Shown: positions 38,984 through 52,440, numbered from the stretch's first letter. The stretch: DNA of 64,000 bases from Octopus sinensis (GCF_006345805.1 NC_043022.1:4464001-4528000); one strand, 5' to 3'. Made by a program: numbers and translations. The notes: a model not told the origin generated them from the letters alone.

Positions 38984-39432
38984 AGGCGCAGCCATGGCTG
39001 TGTGGTAAAAAAACTTGCTTTCCAACCACATCGTTCTGGGTTCGGTTCCACTGCATGGCACCTTGGACGAGTGTCTTCTACTATAGCCTCAGGCCGACCA
39101 AAGCCTGTGAGTGGATTTGATAGATGGAAACTGAAAGAAGCCCGTCGTATATATATGTATGTGTGTATATATTATAATAATATATATATAATAATATATA
39201 TATATATATATATTATGCGTGTGTGTGTTTGTGTATCTGTGTTTGTCCCCCTAGCATTGCTTGACAACCGATGCTGGTGTGTGTTATGTCCCCGTTACTT
39301 AGCGGTTCGGCAAAAGAGAGCGATAAAATAAGTACTGGGCTTACAAAAGAATAAGTCCCGGGGTCGAGTTGCTCGATTAAAGGCGGTGCTCCAGCATGGC
39401 CGCAGTCAAATGACTGAAAAGAGTAAAAGAGT
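38984..39432 (+). mobile_element. SINE S1, full length
   Basis: Head to tail recognisable. Confidence 0.9.
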
Positions 39433-39849
39433 ATATATGTTTATGTTTTCCAGTTTCAGCTCTTGAGCTGTGGCCATGCTGGGGCACCGCCATATATATT
39501 ACTTTTAGTAATTTCCCTACATTTCTCAGTAATTTCTCTCAAAACCAGCATATAACTATGTCTATCTGTCTATAGCTATTTCTCCCCATTGATCTATCCA
39601 TCTGCCTATGTCTATCTAAGTCGATCTGTCCATCTATGTCTATGTATTGAGGCATCTAGATCTAACTTTACTTCCACTTATGTCTGTCTGCCGGCCTACG
39701 TCTCTCCTTATTTGAATCTGTTTCTGTCCGTCCGTCACTCTGCTCTTATCTGTTTTGTCTCTCTAGATGAAACAAGAGAAGTATTTATCAATCTGTATAA
39801 CAATCTTGCTTCACCTCCATCTACAGACCCATATATCAACTGATCTATC

Positions 39850-40430
39850 CAACACACACACACACCAAAAACACATATACACACATATATACATACATAT
39901 ACACATACATGTACACATAGACATACATCATCACCCACATGTATATACATGCATATACACACATACATACATACACATACCTACACTCATATATATACAC
40001 ATACATACACATATATTACATATATACACACACATACATATACATATCTACACACTCATATATACACATTCATACACATATATATACACATACATATACA
40101 TACCTACACACTCATATATATAAATATACATACACATATATATACATATATATATATATATACACACATACATATACACATACACACACACATGTACATT
40201 ATAAACAAACATATATACACACACATATATACAAAGATATATACGTACACACATACAGATATCACACACAAATATACATACATACTCATATATATAGATA
40301 TATATATATATACACACACACATACATATACACGTACATATACACACAAACGTGTACATTATAAACAAACATATACACACACATACACACACACATATAC
40401 AAAGATATATGCGTACACACATACATACAT
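39850..40430. repeat. Degenerate (CA)/(TA) microsatellite field
   Basis: Direct inspection. Confidence 0.9.
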
Positions 40431-41844
40431 ACATTTTTTGTTACACGTTACACGTAAACGCATGCATCTTTCCCTGTACGTTGCTCAGGCACACGTGTAC
40501 ATCCATACACCCACCTATCCACACTCTACCGACATTACATAAACACACGTTTGGCAATCAATCCTGCCTGCCAATCAATATCTATCTGGCCATTACAGAT
40601 GAAAGGAAGAAGCAAGCTGAAGAATGGTAATTTGAGCTCCACAAAGGCAAAAGATTTTGTCGGAGCGGGGGGGGGGGGGGGTCCCCTCCCCACACCTTTT
40701 ATATTTTTATTTTTTATCGTTTTTTTTTCCCTTAAGTTATTTTCTATGTAAAAAAGACAAAATAACAGTGAGAGGGCAAGACGGGGGGGGGGGGAAGAAG
40801 AAGAAAAGTCACTTTTTACATAACATCAATGAAAAGATACCAAAAAAAAAAATATTTGATACCAAAAAAAAAAAAAACAAAGAAGAAAAAAAAGGAAGTT
40901 GGATGGGGTGGGGTGGGGAGGGGAGGGAGAAGGTGATCAAGGGAAGAAAGAAAGGTTTTTATGATGAAAAAACATTGCGAAGGGGGGTGGGGGAGGTGCA
41001 GATAGTTTTTTGTTCGGTAACATTGAAATTGGAGTGTAATGGTCTGGTTTGGTCAGTTAAAAGTTGAGAGGTTAATGGGGTAACTTACTTCACACACACA
41101 CACTTGTTCTATCACACACACATATTCTATCGTTCACACACACATGCTTGTTCTATCACTCACATATACACACACACACACACACAAGGAAGTCTTACTC
41201 AAACACTATTTTCTCACACACACCAGAAAGGTCTGCTCTCTCCTCTCATACACACAGGAAATTCTTTCTCTCTCATACTAACACACACACACACATCCCT
41301 GTCTGTCTGTCTGTCTCATATACACACACAAAGAAAAGTCTTGCTTTAGCACACAATTCTCTCTCTTTATCTCACACACACACACAAGAACGCCTTCCTC
41401 TTTCTTTTACAGGTATTTCTCACATTCAGTTCATACTCTTCCCCTCTCTCATACACACCTTTTTCTCATACAAACACACACACCAGAAAGTCTTCCTCTA
41501 TCACACACATACAACCATCCCTCTTTCACACACACACACCTCTTTCTTTAAACAGTAAAAAAAAAGGGGGCTTGTGAACACAGCCTTCACTCTTGACTAA
41601 AACAACAAAAAAAAAAGGGACCACAAACAAACCCTTAGGTCTCCAAAACATTGAAAGCAAAATCCTTCTCTCCCTAACTAAAGCGGTTAAAAACAGGGGT
41701 TATGAAACAGCCCTTCTCTCCAAAACATGAATACAACTCTTCTCTCTGAAATCTAGAACACTGTCACAGCTGCTTCCTCACTCAACAAAACTCAGAGCAA
41801 GACTCAGAGGGCAAAAGCAAATGGTCAACATTTATAAGAAGGCC

Positions 41845-42290
41845 ATAGGTGTAGCCATGGCTGCGTGGTAAGATGTTTGCTTCCTAACCACATGGTTCTG
41901 GGTTCAGTCCCACTGCATTGCACCTTGGGCAAGTGGCTTCTACTATAGCCTTGGGCCAACTGAAAGCCTTGAAAGTTGAAAGTTGATTTGGTAGACACAA
42001 ATAGAAAAAACCCTAGAGTGCATAATTGTATGTGTGTGTGTGTGGTAAGAAGCTTGTTTCCCAACCACATGGTTCCGGGTTCAGTTGCACAGCATGGCAC
42101 CTTGGGCAAGTGTCTTCTACTATAGCCTTGGGCTGAGCGGATTTCGTAGATGGAAACTGAAAGAAGCCCATCATACATGTGTGTGTGTGTGTTTGTGCTA
42201 CACTACCGCTTGACAACCGGTATTGGTGGGTTTACATCCTGCGACTGGGTAGTTCAGCAAGAAGTGACTGATAAAATAACAGGCTCTAAA
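41845..42290 (+). mobile_element. Two SINE S1 head/body fragments in tandem
   Basis: Repeated ggttc..ggttcag..ccttgggcaagtg motifs. Confidence 0.75.
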
Positions 42291-42509
42291 AAAGTAGTAG
42301 TAGTAGTAGCAATAGTAGTGGTGGTGGTGTTGAGTTGATTTGTGGGAGTGAAATTTCTCCAAAGCCAGAAAGTAGAATGACCCCAGAGTTATTACATTTC
42401 AAAAGAAAAGGTGACAGCTCAAGGCTGCAGAAGAGAATGGGAGACCCAGGGGTAGTTGGGGGATGATTCCAATCAAAATCACTTCCTTCTTGGAAACCCA
42501 TCCTCCCAG

Positions 42510-42557
<48 letters not shown>

Positions 42558-43130
42558 GAAATGATAATAACAGACCAAATTCTTAATTTCAATCTGGTTG
42601 GTGATACAGCCACAGATAGAAAAAGCCAGGGTATTTATTTATATTAATTAATCTTCTCCTTAAGTGTGTTTACAGCACTTGCATTAAGCTGGATTTAGAG
42701 AAAAGAAAAGAGGAAAAAAATACAAAAAAAAACCGAAGAAAAAAAAAACCACTTGATAATTTAATTAAGACGTTATTAAAAAGTCTCTTTTTTTTTTTCC
42801 TTATATTCTTTATTTCTGTATTTAATCGAGGAATGCTAGCAGCCCAACTGAAATCAACAAATAATCTACCCACCCACACCACACCACACCACACCCCGCC
42901 ATCTCGGCTTTACTCAGATCCTGTCTTTCCCATTACGATAAAGCAATAAGCTTCTCTGCGTGTTAAACCCCCCACCCTCCACCCCGTCGGCTCTATTAAA
43001 ATAGAACCCAAAGCAGGACCATCCCATCACATTTCATAGCAACCACTCCAATGGTTAATTTCCCTTTCTTACTACATAAGGCCAGGAGATGCAGGCGCAG
43101 GGGGGAGGGGATTACCACTGTGTGGAGAGT

Positions 43131-43690
43131 AAGGGTCACCAAGACAGTGGGGTGGATGGGTTACCACAGCATGGAGAATGGCAGTTACCATGACAGCAGG
43201 GGGTTACTACAGCATGGAGATTAAGGATTAAGGGTCACCAAGACAGTGGGGTGGATGGGTTACCACAGCATGGAGAATGGCAGTTACCATGACAGCAGGG
43301 GGTTACTACAGCATGGAGATTAAGGATTAAGGGTCACCAAGACAGTGGGGTGGATGGGTTACCACAGCATGGAGAATGGCAGTTACCATGACAGCAGGGG
43401 TTTACTACAGCATGGAGATTAAGGATTAAGGGTCACCAAGACAGTGGGGTGGATGGGTTACCACAGCATGGAGAATGGCAATTACCATGACAGCAGGGGG
43501 TTACTACAGCATGGAGATTAAGGATTATAATAGTATGGAGAGTAGGGATTACCAAGAAAGTAGGGGGGGGGTCAACACAACATGAAGAGTAGCAGTTACC
43601 ATGACAGTAGGGGGTTATCACAGCATGGAGTGCAAGGGTTACTATGACATTAAAGGCTTACTACAGCATGGAGAGTTTGGGTTACCAAGA
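43131..43690. repeat. 99-bp tandem repeat (about 4 near-perfect units plus a degenerate tail)
   Basis: aagggtcacc at 43131, 43230, 43329 and 43428. Confidence 0.95.
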
Positions 43691-43757
43691 CATGGAGAGT
43701 AGGAGTAACGAAAGTGGAGTGGAATATGCCATGGTAGAAATAATGGAGGTTAGAACT

Positions 43758-43986
43758 TTAACCCTTTAGCATTTAAACCGGCCATATCCGGCCAAAAGTA
43801 TTCTGCCTGTTTTATGTTCAAACTGGCCAGATCTGGTCTCTCACACCAGCCCTACAATATCGTTTTAAAAATTAACAGCTACCTCATCAAAATCTCATAG
43901 CACCAAGATAATGCATGATTAGTTCAAGGCAATGTGGATAAAAAAGGATTAATTTTGGCAGAATAATGCGAACACCAAAGGGTTAA
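43758..43986. mobile_element. piggyBac-type MITE
   Basis: ttaaccctttagc...ccaaagggttaa. Confidence 0.8.
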
Positions 43987-44096
43987 AAGATGGATGAAAT
44001 GCCGCTAAGCATTTGGCCCAACGTAACACCACAGAATGAATAACGTGTTTAGCCATGCCTCATGGACATGATTACAAAGGCTTTGTCACAGAGAAT

Positions 44097-44322
44097 AATT
44101 ATCTTTACTACCCACAAGGGACTAAACACAGAGAGGACAAACAAGGACAGACAAATGGATTAAGTCGATTATATCGACCCCAGTGCGTAACTGGTACTTA
44201 TTTAATCGACCCCGAAAGGATGAAAGGCAAAGTCGACCGCGGCGGAATTTGAACTCAGAACGAAATACTGCTAAGCATTTCGCCCGGCGTGTTAACGTTT
44301 CTGCCAGCTCGCCGCCTTATCA
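44097..44322 (-). mobile_element. SINE S3 with a 14-bp target-site duplication
   Basis: ttgtcacagagaat at 44083-44096 and 44323-44336. Confidence 0.9.
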
Positions 44323-44494
44323 TTGTCACAGAGAATGGTAAGCAACAGGGAGACTCTCTGCAGCAGGAATCCCATCTCAAGCTGTCTCATTTCTGAAGGG
44401 GTTGCAGCGACCCTAATTTTGTGCTCTTTTCTTCCTGTAAAAACAAGTTGCTAAGAGAAAACATTGAACAAAGTCAACGAAAGCTGGTACTCAC

Positions 44495-44942
44495 CTCCGG
44501 CTTTGTAGATTACATCCTCAAACGTAAAAGAAATCACTTCGTCCCCCCGTCGTAAAATGGTCCCGGTTTTGGTTTTACCATTCTTCTTGGTCGGCTGTAT
44601 GATAAAGGTAATTTCCTCAGCCTCATCGCTATCCTCTCCACTGGTAACTGGATGCCCATTCTCGGCTTTGTTTTCCTGAGATTTCCGAGTCGTTCGCTGC
44701 GAGCCCCCAGACCCATCGGTCGTCTGGTTAGAGGAGGGGCAGCTGACCGGTGGCGGCGGCAGCGGCGGTTGTGGTTGTTGCTGTTGTTGTTGTTGTTGCT
44801 GTTGTTGGCTGCTATTGCTGCTGCTACTGTTGCTGCTGCTGCTATTGTTGTTGTTGTTGTTGTTGTTACTACTGGAGTTTACCATTGAGTTGTTTTTGTT
44901 GTTATTGTTGATGTCTTGTGTATTTTTCTGATATGGCCCCAT
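44495..44942 (-). CDS. RERE: First coding exon of a RERE/atrophin-family transcriptional corepressor (low-complexity N-terminus plus start of the BAH domain); 149 codons + 1 nt, phase-1 donor
   Basis: The ORF ends ...TKKNGKTKTGTILRRGDEVISFTFEDVIYKAG at a strong donor GAG|gtgagt (GT at 44494-44493). This resembles the vertebrate RERE segment TKKNKK...GEITSYITEDDVVYRPG|DCVYIES, recalled from knowledge and not searched. An in-frame TAG lies directly before the ATG. Confidence 0.85.
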
Positions 44943-44995
44943 CTAGCTGAGAGATGGAACACACTCTAAACTAGTACGACATTAGAACAAAGGAC
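44943..44995 (-). other. RERE: 5' UTR part of the RERE first coding exon, preceded by a splice acceptor
   Basis: The minus strand reads tttttttcttttgtttcag|gtcctttg, a polypyrimidine tract plus CAG (AG at 44997-44996). This implies a further non-coding exon at higher coordinates. Confidence 0.7.
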
Positions 44996-45081
44996 CTGAA
45001 ACAAAAGAAAAAAAGACAAGGATAATTAATCGTTTACCATTCAAATTACTCTGCTTAATGTAATTTGCATTTTATCATTTA

Positions 45082-45452
45082 CTAGCAGTATCGCCTGGCG
45101 TTGCTCGGGTTTGTAAGGGAAATAACTATAAAGCATTTTTAGAGAGTTATAGCCAAAAAATAGCAAAACAATGTATAAAAAGTTATGGTAAATTTTTTTG
45201 AGAGTTAAAAAGGTCGAGTTACGTCCCCTAGAGAGTCTGTGGTTTGTGTTTTTGATTCTCGACCCCATGTCGAATTTATTGATTTTTTTCAGAACTGGGG
45301 GAACTTTTCAAAATGTTCGCTGCGTTAGTTTTGAATTATGACATTGGGCTATGTGTGTGTCAAGTTTCATCAGATTCGGTTGAAAGCCGTGGTCAGGGTG
45401 AGGGTACAACCTAACAGACACACAGACAAACTGTCGTTTATATAGAGAGAGA
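45082..45452 (-). mobile_element. Non-autonomous Helitron-like element
   Basis: Minus strand starts TC and ends cccgagcaacgccaggcgatactgCTAG|T. The 3' end is shared with 61828 and the 5' end with 63876. Confidence 0.7.
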
Positions 45453-45464
45453 TTTGTTTGCCCT

Positions 45465-46340
45465 TTAGACTTTGGCCATGCTGGAGCACTACCTTGAGAA
45501 TTTTTAATTGAATCTATTGATTCCAGGACTAATATTTTTTATGAGCATGGTACTTATTCTATCAGTCTCTTTTGCCAAGCCGCCAAGTTACAGGGATGTA
45601 AACACACCAGCACCAGTTGTCAAACAGAAACTCACGCACACACTTATATAGAACAGGTTTCCACACGGTTTCTGCCTACCAAATCCATTCTCAAAGCATT
45701 GGTCAGCCCGTGGCTACAGAAGACACTCATTCAGGTGGTGGGACTGAACTCAAAACCAACATGGTTACAAAGCAAACGTCTTAACCACAAAACCACGTCT
45801 ACACCTAATCATTTATCTTTTACATGTTTCTATCATTAAACTGCGACCATGCTGGGGCACCACCTTGAAGAATTTTTTGCTGAATGAACAGACCCCAGTA
45901 TGTGTATTTTTTTGTTAAGCCTGATACTTATTCTATCAATATCTTTTGCTGAACTGATCAGTTACGAGGACGTAAACACACCAACACCGGTTGTCAAGCA
46001 ATGGTGGGGGACAAACACAAAGACACACAAGATATATATAATGTACTGTTCCATGACGACTAAGCTGAGATGATAGACTTGTTATAAAACTTTGGCATGT
46101 TCTCAGCACAACAAACTATTAGTAACACATAAAAATATGTATTGTGTCTATTAAATTATACATATGTGTGTGTGGCGTGATTCTTTCAGTTTCCATCTGG
46201 CAAATCCACTCCAGAGGCTTCGTTCAGCATGGGGCTATAGTAGAAGAACTTGCCTAAGGTGCCACATATTGGGACTGAACCCCAAACCACATGGCATGGA
46301 AACACACTTCTTAACCACACAGCTATGTCTACACCTAATC
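45465..46340 (-). mobile_element. Cluster of old SINE S1 copies just upstream of the RERE exon acceptor
   Basis: Several reverse-complement S1 tails and heads. Confidence 0.7.
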
Positions 46341-47089
46341 TTCTCTAATCTTTCATTAATACTGATAGATTAATTCCACAGCTCACGAACAAGAATGCTT
46401 GCTAAACCATTACCTGATAATTCTTACTAAATATAGACTAGCTATATCATCTTGTGCGAAATACTCAATAGATCTTCATTCAGTGTGATACACTGGATAT
46501 ATCACACAACACGATAATGTTTGTGTGCAATATTGCTTCAATTCCAATCACATATTGAATTTAGATAGAATCTTATTGTCTCGCTATCAATTTACCAAGA
46601 TATCTATATAGCTGGGTGTAAAATCAAGGAGATCTGATAGTAGGAAAATATGTTTATAGCTTGTGAATCAAGTATATTTATTTTATTGTGATAAAATATG
46701 TACATAGTGAGTTGTGATATCCAGCATAGTGTATTGTGATAAAGTGTATATCTCACTCCAACAACTATTATATATTTAAATTCTGACAGATACACACCAG
46801 ATTGAAATATATGTATAAATATATATCTCAATTGGTGATAACATATGATATTACATAAACAATAAAGATATCATATATGTTCTTGAACATGTGTGTGTGT
46901 GTGTGTGTGTGTGTGTTTGATACATGTTAAGTCACACAGTTTTGCAGCTAAGTTGTACATACACATATATATATATATATATATGCATACACACATACAT
47001 ATATGTACACACACGTGTACACAGATATATACATACACACACATATATTACATACACACATACATACCCAAACAACTATATATATATAA

Positions 47090-47126
<37 letters not shown>

Positions 47127-48385
47127 TATATACACACACACATTTTACACAAGCAAGGTCTCTTTTGCCAAATCAACATTACATTCTCTGAAATGAAACT
47201 ATATATATTCAATATATATCTCTCTCATACACACACACACAAACAAACACAGTGTATCTTTTGCAAGGACACTGTATAATCACATTCTTTGATATGAAAC
47301 AGTATGTATATCCCTTCGTGATATCAACTGTCTTCATATGTTATAACACATACACCCATTATGCCATCATCACAATACACACACATCATGCATGTGTATG
47401 ATAGAGTGTGTGTGTGTGTGTGGTGTGTGTGTGTGTGGTGTGTGTGTGTGTGCAGCTATCAAAATAGAGATTCTTTGAAACAAACAAGAGAAAAAAACAA
47501 AAATTAAAGTAGCTAAAAATAAAGAAAGACAAAATATGGTTTCATGTGTTACTGCAATAAATTTAATTATTACAATATGAAGAACAGATAGCAGACATAA
47601 TAATAATGGAGAAAGAGAGGAAGGAGAGAGAGAGAGAGAGACATACAAGTTAGAGGAAGGGGGAGTGAGAGAGGTAGAAGAATTTTAAAAGGAGGAAGAG
47701 TGGGAGATAGAAAATATTAGAGGGGTGGGGAGAACTGCAAAATGTTAGAAAGAAGAGAGAGAGGAAGAGAGATACATGAAGTTAAGAAAGAGGGGGAGAA
47801 AGACACAGAATGTTAGGAAGGAGAGAGATACAAGGAGTTAGGAAGGAGGGGGACAGAGCAGAGTGTGACAAAGTGTACAAGGGGGAGGTAGATGTACACA
47901 CACACATTAAAGAGGAGGAGGAGGAAGATATAGTGGGTGGCTGAGGGAGAGAGGGGGTGCAGTAGATCTACAGACTCAGATGGAGAAGAGGAAGTGGAGG
48001 GTGGAGTAGATGTTTGAGGCGGGGGGGGGGGTAAAGTAGGGGGGGGGAGTAATCATTTACAACAAAATGGTGTCTATACAGTCCATATATATTCACACAC
48101 ACACACACACATATATATATATACATACATCTACATGCATATACACATACACTCATAGCCACACACATACATACATATATATATACATACACATGCACAC
48201 ACGCACATCTATATACACACACACTCATAGCCACACACAAAAGTATACACACACATATATATACATATATATACACATGCACACACGCACATTCACATCT
48301 ATATACACACACACTCGTAAGAACGATGACAGCAAAGATAAGCTGGGTTCCTGAGAGTGGAAGATTACTTAAAATGGTATATGCA

Positions 48386-48418
<33 letters not shown>

Positions 48419-48762
48419 TATACACGCACACATATACACACACACATATTTTACTGTTCATATATATATACATATACATCCACAGAAACATATGGCCAGC
48501 CCATAAGTCTGCCAGATTTCTCACACATAAAACATCTTCAGACACTGACTTGCTTATGAGGCCCCCTGTATACACACACGAATTAGATAACATTTAGACA
48601 CACACACACACAATATATTTTCTGAAGCTGTGACATAACTACACAGCATGAAAGTATAAATGGAAATATTTCACTTGTGATTCATTATGTACATTCGTAG
48701 TGTAACATCAAGTATTTAAAGAATAAGTTCTCACAATATATATGTGTGTGTGTATATATATA

Positions 48763-49027
48763 TTTCTTTACTACCCACAAGGGGCCAAACAAGGACAGAC
48801 AAAGGGATAAAGTAGATCATATCGACCCCAGTGCGTAACTGGTACTTATTTAATCGACCCCGAAAGGATGAAAGGCAAAGTCGACCTCGGCGGGATTTGA
48901 ACTCAGAACGTAACGGTAGACGAAATACGGCTACGCATTTCACCCGGCGTGCTAACGCGTAGCCGTATTTCGTCTACCGTTACGTTCTGAGTTCAATTCC
49001 GCCGAGGTCGACTTTGCCTTTCATCCT
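48763..49027 (-). mobile_element. SINE S3 with a fold-back inverted duplication of its head
   Basis: S3 body 48763-48956, followed by the reverse complement of 48865-48936. Confidence 0.85.
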
Positions 49028-49081
49028 TGAAAGGCAAACATGTGTGGTATATATATATATATAATATAACATGTGTGTGTG

Positions 49082-49128
<47 letters not shown>

Positions 49129-49856
49129 ATGTAGATAAAATCCAAAAAGGTATGTAGAAACAGATGATAAATATTTCTAGACTCTGATACACAGAGTGTA
49201 TATTTTCACAAAGACACACACATGCATGCACACTATGCGGATTAATTATATAGGCCTACTGGATCAGGGCCAACTTGGGGCCACAACATCAGGTCTAATC
49301 CTGGCCTGCTTGGGAGAGAAAACCACAGAGCAAGGGCTGGAAGGTCAGACACAATGATAAAATTGTTTCTAATAAAGGACCCTAGGCAGTGCCAGGATGA
49401 AAATACCGGTCAGTTTTTTTGTGTTTGGATAAGACTCCTTCTCAGATAATACAAACTAATATGGCTGGTTTCCTGGTTCCTCTGGCACAGATGCTCCTTA
49501 CCAGGACAGCACGCTGGTCTGGCACAAGGTCACTCATTTTTGCAGGCTGAGTGGCTTGAAGCAATGTGAAACGAAGGTTTTTTGTTCATGAACACAACAC
49601 ATCGCCCAGGTCCAGGAATTGAAAACACAATTTTACAATCACAAATCCAATACTCTAACCACTAAGCCACGACAGAGCTGGCAAAGTTGTACATGTTATA
49701 TGGAGCAACATACAGGTTGGTGAGAGGAAGAGCATCTGACAGTAAAACACAAAACAAGGCCTCAACAATAGGTATTGACCTAAACCATGCTAGTATGGAC
49801 TGACAGTTGTAAAACAATCTAATCTAACATATATATATGTGTGTGTGAGTGTGTGT

Positions 49857-50148
49857 GGAGGCGCAATGGCCGGTGGTTAGGGCAGCAGACTTGCGGTCGT
49901 AGGATCGCGGTTTCGATTCCCAGGCCGGGCGTTGTGAGTGTTTATTGAGTGAAAACACCTGAAGCTCCACGAGACTCCGGCCGGGGGTGGTGGCGAACCC
50001 TGCTCTTTCGCCACAACTTTCTCTCACTCTTTCTTCTGTTGGCCTGCTCGCTTAGTGGGGTGACGTCATTTGAAGGCTAAAACAATATGAAGCGCATTGT
50101 GACCAGCGATGTGTAGCAACATCTCATAGCCTGGTTGGTCCCGGTGAT
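49857..50148 (+). mobile_element. SINE S2, short 3' variant
   Basis: ggaggcgcaatggccggtggttagg head, B-box ggtttcgattccc. Confidence 0.85.
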
Positions 50149-50204
50149 ATATATATATATATATATATATACATACAGATACATACACACACACACACAC
50201 AATA

Positions 50205-51190
50205 GCAGGTGTGGCTGTATGGTAAGATGTTTGCTTCCCAACTACAGGGTTCTGGGTTCAGTCTCATTGTGTGATACCTTGTACTTTAGCCCCAAAGTAA
50301 CCAAAGCCTTGAGAAAATTTGATAGACGGAAACTGAAAGAAGCTCCTCGTGTGCATGTATGTGTGTGTGTGTGTTTATATATATATATATATATATTCTT
50401 TTGTTTCAGTCATTTGACTGTGGCCATGCTGGAGTACTGCCTTGTAGTCAAAGAAATCGACCCCAGGACTTATTCTTTGAAAGCCCGGTACTTATTCTAT
50501 CAGTCTCTTTTGGCAAACCATTAAGTTACAGGGATGTAAACACACCAACATCGGTTGTCAAGCAATGGTTGTGGGACAAACACACTCACAAATATACAAA
50601 TATATATGATGGGATTCTTTACAGTTTCCATCAACGAAATCCACTCACAAGGCTTTAGTCAGCCCAAGGCTATAGTAGAAGATACTGCCCAAGGCGCCAC
50701 GCAATAGGACTGAACCCGGAACCATGTGGTTGGGAAGCAAGCTTCTTACCACACAGCCACACCTATATATATATGTATGTATGTATCTTTAATTTCAGTC
50801 ATTGGACTGTGGCCATACTGGAGTACTGCTTTGAAGGATTATAGTAGAATGAATCAACTGCAGTACTGTTTTGAAAACATAGTACTTATTCTATCAGTAT
50901 CTTTTGCCAAACTGCTAAGTTACAAGAAGGTAAACACACAACACTGGTTGTCAAGCAGTGGTGGCAAACAAATACACACACATATATGTACATGCGTGCG
51001 TGTGTGTGTGTGTGTGTGGTGTTTGTGTACAATGGGCTGTCTTCATTTTCCATCAACCAAATCCACTCACATGGCTTTGGTCAACCTGATGCTATAAAAG
51101 AAGACATTTGCCCAAGGTGCCACACAGTGGGACTGAACCCAGAATATATACGTTGAGAAGCAAATCTCCTCACCATTCAGCCATATTGCA
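50205..51190. mobile_element. SINE S1 cluster: + head (50205-50345) then two - copies (50395-50765, 50790-51190)
   Basis: S1 motifs in both orientations. Confidence 0.8.
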
Positions 51191-51716
51191 TCTTTGTTGT
51201 TCTCTTCATATTTACTACTAAGAAGACAGACTGGAGCTGACCTGCGGTTACATGACAACCACCTCTCCATGAACCAATCAAAGTGCATTTGACCTGCTAG
51301 AAATGGCAACCAAATTTCCATGAAATCATACACATTACAATCTTTAAAAAATACGGTAAAGGGGCACTTTGGACAATGTATCCCTAGATACACTAAGTCA
51401 GAAAACTATGAGAAAAAGAAAACAAATGGATGTAATGGGAATGATCTGCTCAATCAAAGGTGGCCTGGGGCTAAAAGAAACCCACCACAGGCACTATCTG
51501 ACCTGGGGCTAAACAACAACAACCCATTCTATAAATTGGGAAGTAACAGGATTAATGGAGCTGAAATAAGTGGGATTAAAGAAATAAAAAGATTATCTAA
51601 ATCCCTAAGCCAACAACAACTAGCAACATACACAGGTGTGCGTAAACGAGTCTGGTGTGGTGTGTGTGTGTGTGTGTGTGTGTATGATATCTATGTGTGT
51701 GTTGTATATATACATG

Positions 51717-51756
<40 letters not shown>

Positions 51757-51800
51757 TAATATATATATCTGTATGTATATGTATCTCTGTGCCACACATC

Positions 51801-51832
<32 letters not shown>

Positions 51833-52029
51833 TACGCAGTGTGTGTGAATGCTATGCTATCATACATAACATAGAAGAGTGGTGAGGTGAATATGCGAGA
51901 AACAATACTTTCAGTGGTGGTGGTCATAAGATTTAGTAAATGATTTAGGACATAAATGTAGTGTTTTTGAGTACCCTATTTGGATGTGGGTGTGTTTGAA
52001 TTTGCAGGAGAGCATAAATATGTACCTTT

Positions 52030-52216
52030 CACTTGTTTCTGTCATTGGGCTGTGGCCATGCTGGGGCACTACCTTGAAAACATCTTAGTCTAAAAAATAG
52101 ACCCCCAGTCCGTTTAGGGTTTTCAAGATGAGTACTTATTTTATCAGTCTTTACATTAAGTGGCAAGGACATAAACACACCAACCAGAAGATACACACAT
52201 ACACATACACACACAC

Positions 52217-52267
<51 letters not shown>

Positions 52268-52440
52268 CATGATGGGCTTCTTTCACTTTCCATCTCCCAA
52301 ATCCACTCACAAGGCTTTGGTCGGTCAAGGCCACAGTAAAAAACATTTGCCCAAGGTACCACACAGTAGGACTGAACCGTGAACCATGTGGTTGGGAAAC
52401 TAGCTTCTTACCACAAGACTATGCCTGCATCTATACATAT
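52030..52440 (-). mobile_element. SINE S1
   Basis: Reverse-complement S1 tail, body and head. Confidence 0.8.

Noticed and set aside
40900-41000. G-quadruplex-like G runs (also about 965-985 and 17430-17490)
   Set aside because: Common low-complexity purine tracts, with nothing specific to suggest function.
44652-44888. Plus-strand ORF overlapping the RERE exon
   Set aside because: Antisense shadow of the trinucleotide-rich real exon.
51320-51874. 184-aa plus-strand ORF
   Set aside because: Mix of degenerate repeat and microsatellite sequence, with no domain or splice support.
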